A stretch of DNA of 64,000 bases, from contig OZ024742.1 in assembly GCA_964016885.1 (NCBI GenBank), forward strand, positions 133,734,001 through 133,798,000. Reading direction: 5' to 3'. Of this stretch, positions 58,144 to 64,000 are shown piece after piece; the stretch's first letter is position 1, and every line of letters starts with the position of its first letter. The notes beneath the pieces were generated by a model. That model made no database searches. It was not told where the DNA came from and saw only the letters and a program-made list of their open reading frames with translations. The DNA comes from Eledone cirrhosa (lineage: Eukaryota). Both the position numbers and the translations under genes were made by a program.

Positions 58144-58363
58144 AGGGGTTTCAACAGTTTGTTATCATTTGGGATGTAGATATCCCACAAACACCAAAAG
58201 GCTAGAAAGTCAAGACATTGATGGATTAATTTTAAGCAACATACAACTTAGAATTATTTTCTTCTTACATTGTCAACATTATAGCAATAATTCATAATAC
58301 ATATTTTAATGTAACCACCTTGGGAATAGGTCATTGCTATCTTTTTTGAAACACTGTATAATG

Positions 58364-58436
<73 letters not shown>

Positions 58437-58480
58437 CCTATATATACACACACATATATATATATATAGGAACGAGTAGG

Positions 58481-58576
58481 ACCCCGACGGCTGAGTTCAA
58501 GCCGTTTCGACGGCTAATTCTGGACTAAATGAACATGTTTATCCTGGTATTTGAATAGCCGAGCTTCTCAAGGGGT
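58481..58576 (-). ncRNA. Type I hammerhead, U3:A8 core variant
   Basis: Minus strand ACCCC-TTGAGAA-G ctCGGCTATTC...GAATTAGCCGtC-GAAA-CGGCT tgaactc AGCCG-TC-GGGGT. Confidence 0.85.
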
Positions 58577-61066
58577 AATTCCATATATAGTCAAAGTGAT
58601 TGTCACAGGGATTGGTCAAACGTTTGTAGTTGAGACATAATAATTCTATGATGGCAATTTGTGGAGAGAAGGGGTAGCTAAACCTGCCAGTAGGAGAAAG
58701 AGGGAGAGGGGGTGGAGGAGACCCATTCACGCGTTGATAGTGCCGGCTACAGCTTTGCGTGAGCTCAAAGAAGATACTAGGGAGGGGGAGAGGGAGGAAG
58801 TCGAAACAGTAAGTAGAACAATAAGGGGTAAATATATAGAAAAATACTGAGAGTGTTAAAAAGCAATTACATGTAAAAAGAAAATAAACAATTTCTGGTT
58901 ACTACGACCTAAGTCTCTCACTATTGCTAGGCTAAAAAAATACTTGGTGGGAAGGAATTAAAATGAGACCCTTTAAAGAGGTATATGTAATAAACCGAGT
59001 ATATCTTACGGTGACGGGTCAACAAGTGAGGGGCCAAAATACTAAAGAAACTACCACGAAATAATAAAAGTTTCTACCCCAGGCACAAGGCCAGCAACCA
59101 CCCAGTGCAAAAAAGTAAACCCGAAAAAGAATACTAATACTATCTCTAAGGGTGCCGCCACGATACAAAAGTTCTAGTGCAAGCTACATAAAAGCTCGTA
59201 CGAAGTAAAAGTAAAAATTTGATACGGAAAATTAATTCAGAATACCCCCCCCCCCCCCAAATAAAAAAGGAAATACTGATAAACGAGAAATTAAAGCAAA
59301 GATACCACTAAGAAATATAGAAAGCACGGAAAAAGGGCAGCGGTCAAATAAGAGGGCAAGTATCCGGGGTCTAACACATCTGCTATAAAAAGCGGATTCG
59401 GCCAAATCTATCATAGAATAGGGGAAGGGTGGGGGTACTGAGGCTACAAGGGACCGAGGGGCTGCCTCGGGTGGGCGAGAAAAAGACGACGACAAAGAAA
59501 GAGAAGTGGGGTGGAAGGACTAGGGTGGGATGGGGGGAAGAAGGAAATATAGAGGAAGCGATAAAAAGATATAAAAGAAGATCTTACGTCTACCTTTACA
59601 AGCAGTGGTTACCCATTACAAAATCGGCAAGTGGGGTGTTATAGCCCTAGTCTACCCCCCGGGTCATTATGGGGTTTGAGGGCGAGGTAAGTCCTACTCA
59701 ATCTGTGTTTACATGCAGTAACCAGTTCATCTTTCTTGTTTAGGAGTTGGTCCGTCGAAAACAGCATTTGTAAAGTTTCCTCCGAGCATAAATTGCACGG
59801 ACGGCGTCCTCCCGTGTAAGAGCTGGCTCTGGACAGTAATCTCCAAGTGTGATCATAGGTAATTTTGTTATCCTCGAGGTCCCATATGTGGCCCGAGAGT
59901 GTAGTGGCGTGACGCCGGGCCGGGTTCGGAAGGTATATCTGTGTTGGTATAGCCGGGTCTTGAAATCACATGCGGTTAATCCTATATAAGCTTTGTTGGC
60001 GGTGTTCGTCCTCACGTTGCTCTGGTAGATCACATTACGATCTCTGTATCTGTTGTCGAGGGGGAAAATGGATCCATCGGGGCAGTTGCCCCTCCTGGTC
60101 AGCTCTCTACTGCTATTTAGGTTATTTCTTCCATAGGGGTTGAGTTTTTTGTTGTTGGAGGAGACGATGTTTTGTGCAAAGTTTGGTGTAGTGCTGTAAG
60201 AGAGTTTGATGGTATTTTTGTTAATTATGTTGTGGTAGCGGTGTTGTAGTGGGAAGTGTTTTTCAATGAGCCTAAAGAATATTTTGTCGATAGGAGTTGT
60301 CAGCTCGGCGTTGTGGGGAGGATTGAACCATGTTACATTGCGTGAGCGGCGGTGTCGCCTGCTGGTTCCGCTAATGGGAGGTGGACAGTAGGATAATTCC
60401 TCCCGGAAACCACTCCGCTTGAGAGCCTGGTTGTAATAAGGCGCATGTTCATCGAATATCTGCTCATTAGCTGACAAACGGGATATGCGGAGGGAGATGT
60501 TTTTAACCAGATTATTGGTGAGGTTCCTAGGATGGTTTGACCGGCAGTGGATGTAGTGCAGGTTGTCGTTAGGTTTCCTGTATGGGTAGTACAGGTCATT
60601 ATCGAGGTCGAGGTTAACGTCCAGCGAGTTTACTCGGGTCAGGGACGTTTGTAGGGTTATTTTAAATCCCCAGTCGCGGAAGAAGCTGATTAATTTTTTA
60701 CGGATCCGATCTGTACTACTGGGGTTGTACCCTTTAAGGGTAAGGAGCCTATCATCACGGTACAATCCACCGCCGAATGCAGGAAACATATCGGTGAGTT
60801 TGGCTATTAGGAATAATCCTATAAGATCTGTGACTTCCGCCGAATGTGTCGCGCCCATGCTGACGTCGAAGGGTGAGTCGGGAGCTCTTTTTATCCATTT
60901 GGAGTTGTCCGAGAAACTGGGTCTCCTCCACCCCCTCTCCCTCTTTCTCCTACTGGCAGGTTTAGCTACCGCTTCCCTCCACAAATTGCCATCATATAAT
61001 TATTATGTCTCAACTACAAACTTTTGACCAATCCCTGTGACAATCACTTTGACCATATATGGAATT

Positions 61067-61162
61067 ACCCCTTGAGAAGCTCGACTATTCAAATACCAGG
61101 ATAAAAATGTTCATTTAGTCCAGAATTAGCCGTCGAAACGGCTTGAGCTCAGCCGTCAGGTT
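61067..61162 (+). ncRNA. Type I hammerhead, U3:A8 variant (inverted tail copy, stem I damaged)
   Basis: ACCCC-TTGAGAA-G...C-GAAA-CGGCT tgagctc AGCCG-TC-AGGTT. Confidence 0.7.
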
Positions 61163-61253
61163 CCTACTCGTTCCTATTACCCACTCTACTACCCTAAGTA
61201 TTGTGTACTGTGGTGCGTTATGGTCCACCTGGTTCCTTACCACATTTCTTCCG

Positions 61254-61321
<68 letters not shown>

Positions 61322-61329
<8 letters not shown>

Positions 61330-61866
61330 ATACTTGGGGAGGGTCATATTTGTGTAATATTGCCAGAATTAATAACAGAACACTCACTGTTTGGTTGGTT
61401 TTCGCTTTACGCTTCTGTGTCTTTTATATCGGTAATTTGATTTATTCGGTCCTCAATGTTACCATTGACTGACCAACGGTCAAAAATACAGCTACAGTAT
61501 AGACACAAACACATATATATAGTCTAACAAAGTTCTTTCATTGTACATTTTAAACATCGTTAGTGGTGCTATTGTGTTTCCTCCCGTTGCATTGTAATAC
61601 AACGGGAGGAAACACAATAGCACCACTAACGATGTTTAAAATGTACAATGAAAGAACTTTGTTAGACTATATTTATGTGTTTGTGTCTATACTGTAGCTG
61701 TATTTTTGACCGTTGGTCAGTCAATGGTAACATTGAGGACCGAATAAATTAAATTAACCGATATAAAAGACACAGAAGCGAAAACCAACCAAACAGTGAG
61801 TGTGTTCTGCTATTAATTCTGGCAATATTATTACACAAATATGACCCTCCCCAAGTATAACAATAT
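61322..61866. repeat. ~545-bp near-perfect palindrome (centre ~61594), possibly an HHR-type tail
   Basis: Arms are reverse-complementary with almost no spacer; each arm has TAACA-TTGAGGA...GC-GAAA-AC...GT-TC-TG(T/C)TA; the terminal ATGACCCTCCC.AAGTATAACAATA also occurs at 53110. Confidence 0.9.
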
Positions 61867-62398
61867 ATGTTTCGACACACGATTTCATATCAAAAACGTC
61901 GCAAAACTAATTCATCGCCGTTATATATATATATATATATAAGGATTATAACGTTCTGATACTGTAGGTTCACCAGAGTGAGCACTCTATGCGTAGTTAC
62001 GAATACGTATAGAGAGGTAGTACTAAGCTTAAATTAATAGAACATCAGTAAATCGTTCAGATATTTATTATATTTATTTAAATTTCGAATGTGGTTTATT
62101 TTATATCCAGAATAGCAAAAGGTATTTCAGATGTGAACCCAGTTCGTATACTTCCGGCGATTTTAGATTTATAATCACCGAACATATATTAACAAAGAAA
62201 ATAGGTGATCAATTTCAACAGTTAATACATTATTTTTTTTATCTAGTCGTATTTCAAGACAAATGTAGATCACTCGGCAATTAAGGACCTTTTAATGCAA
62301 ATAGGTAATATCTAAGAAAGATATGTATTCCATGGTTGGATAATGGATAATCTGACAGTTCATTACGATTCATAATTCTACTGTAATATTTTCTAAAA

Positions 62399-62580
62399 TA
62401 ATTGTTTCTACTTATGGCACAAGGCCAGCAATTATCCCAGAGCATCACTGGCACATTATTTTATCGACCCCGTAAGGATGAAAGGCAAAGTTAACCTCGG
62501 CGGGATTTGAACTGAGAAAGTAAATGGCCATAACTCTAAGCTGTAAAGCATGGTGACTGATGCTAAACCAAAGCTGCCAA
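62399..62580 (-). mobile_element. ~190-bp SINE
   Basis: Revcomp of the SINE consensus. Confidence 0.85.
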
Positions 62581-64000
62581 AATAATGTTACTATCCTACA
62601 TCTATGCTTAAAAATATGTACATTTTTCTATTCAAATTTGATATTAAAATGTGCACGCCAAAACATTTACTGCTTTGCATATATGTGACACAACTACAAT
62701 TTGTAAGAGCAAATCAATGACAATACGCCTGGTGCCCTTATAATCAAATATTAAAATGCCCCAAATTCTGTATGCCGTATAATAAGTTTATGTTTATAAT
62801 AATTTTCAGTTGAGAATCGTAGACGATATTCCATTCATAATTTGGTTTAACGCGTTATATCAATTCATAAAAGTTTAGTAATAATGTAGACATTATCTGA
62901 CAATTTTTAATTTACAACGTGCAGATAGACAATATAAATTACTTGTACGTATATTATGCACAATATAAGAATATTGTGCATAATATAGGTACATGTAATT
63001 TAAATTGTCTAGGTGCACGTTGTAAATTAAAAATTGTAAGATATTTGACTATTTATGCATCTAATTTCAGAGATGGAGTACAACAGTTTCCAGTTATTGT
63101 AATTGGAAATATGGTTCATAACCAATAGGTCTGCGATCAGAGAATTGTAAGGTTTGCAATAAATGAATCTTATACTAGCTTGGTTGAACGAACATTTCAG
63201 ATAAATATTTTTTTTTTTTGTTTAACCGGAATCATCAAACCTTGCAAAACCAAAATTTCAGATATCCAAACCTGCAGATATATGCATTTATACATATATA
63301 TGAGTGTTTGTGCATGTGTGTTTCCGTGCGTATGTACGCACATATGTAGATACATATTCCGAATTAAATATTTCGTTCTTAATTAATGAAGGAAGAAATA
63401 CAAATTATGAATTCTAGATATATTCATATGTATTAGCACTCTGAAGAAAATAACAGATAATTCGAAACAGCGACTAGTTTTGAGCATTATCTGACTGCCC
63501 ATAATAAAACCTGCTTAATGTATATTGATTTAACAGCAACCCACAAAGGAGAGCTGGGTCTAGTAAATGATTTCAAATTCGTCAACAGAGCTTAACTTTA
63601 TCACTATGAAAATTGATATTGAAATTATATTTCCACCAGAAACTTTTATGAGTTTCATATTCCGTTATCACCGTGAAACGAGTCTAATACAATAAATTAT
63701 TATGATTTAGATTAATCGATAGGTATTTCCCGAGAGTAATCGGTAATCATATTCTCATGTACATATATGTGTAAGTTGATTATTATATAGAACAGAAGAA
63801 CGTAACGAATGGTTATAAATATAGACCATCTTACGTTCTATGACATGAATAAACTCAGATACACTCACAGGGATACACACTCTCTCTTATTCGCATTCAC
63901 CTATTCTCTTTCACACATACTACTACATGTATATATTTATGAGCAGAGAGAAATTCACTAAAAGCCAAACGGAAGGCACACTCTCCCTCTCTTTCACCTA

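Larger units (their letters stand above)
58468..61255 (-). mobile_element. 5'-truncated Naiad-like PLE with inverted copy of its own tail at the 5' junction
   Basis: ORF 59740-60984 FDVSMGATHSAEVTDLIGLFL, GLYRDD, YRKPND..SNHP, VTWFNPP, IKLSYS, VIYQ..AYIGLT; 60919-61176 is the revcomp of 58468-58725; (TA)n at both ends. Confidence 0.94.

Noticed and set aside
58270-58366. HHR-like 3' half (TAGCAAT/ATTGCTA stem, GAAA-CACTG-TA-TAATG)
   Set aside because: The CUGANGA core is absent; at best a deleted remnant
59640-60100. Possible selenocysteine (in-frame TGA at conserved Cys) in the Naiad-like GIY-YIG regions, also checked at 10320-10730 and 31629-31930
   Set aside because: The Cys positions I could read use TGT/TGC or are mutated to other sense codons; no conserved in-frame TGA and no SECIS seen

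Overview
AT-rich, microsatellite-laden animal genomic DNA. It is probably an octopod cephalopod, inferred from recognising the abundant ~190-bp SINE. I can identify no intact host gene; almost all ORFs in the track are microsatellite artefacts or decayed transposon frames. The window is a transposon graveyard: several Penelope-like elements (PLEs; RT plus GIY-YIG, including Naiad-like RT motifs), RTE, CRE and Tx1-like non-LTR retrotransposons, an internally deleted Helitron and two SINE types. The main signal is absent from the ORF track: roughly two dozen type I hammerhead ribozyme (HHR) motifs from about a dozen sequence families, found by eye on both strands. They sit in PLE 3' ends, in fold-back (inverted) PLE-tail insertions and in ~320-660-bp tandem non-coding units of retrozyme type, and nearly all are next to (TA)n tracts. 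One family shows compensatory changes in all three stems and in the C3:G8 / U3:A8 core pair between two loci. Many motifs share a U-U at the base of stem II and palindromic stem III loops, which suggests dimeric cleavage. All structures were folded by eye and none is tested.
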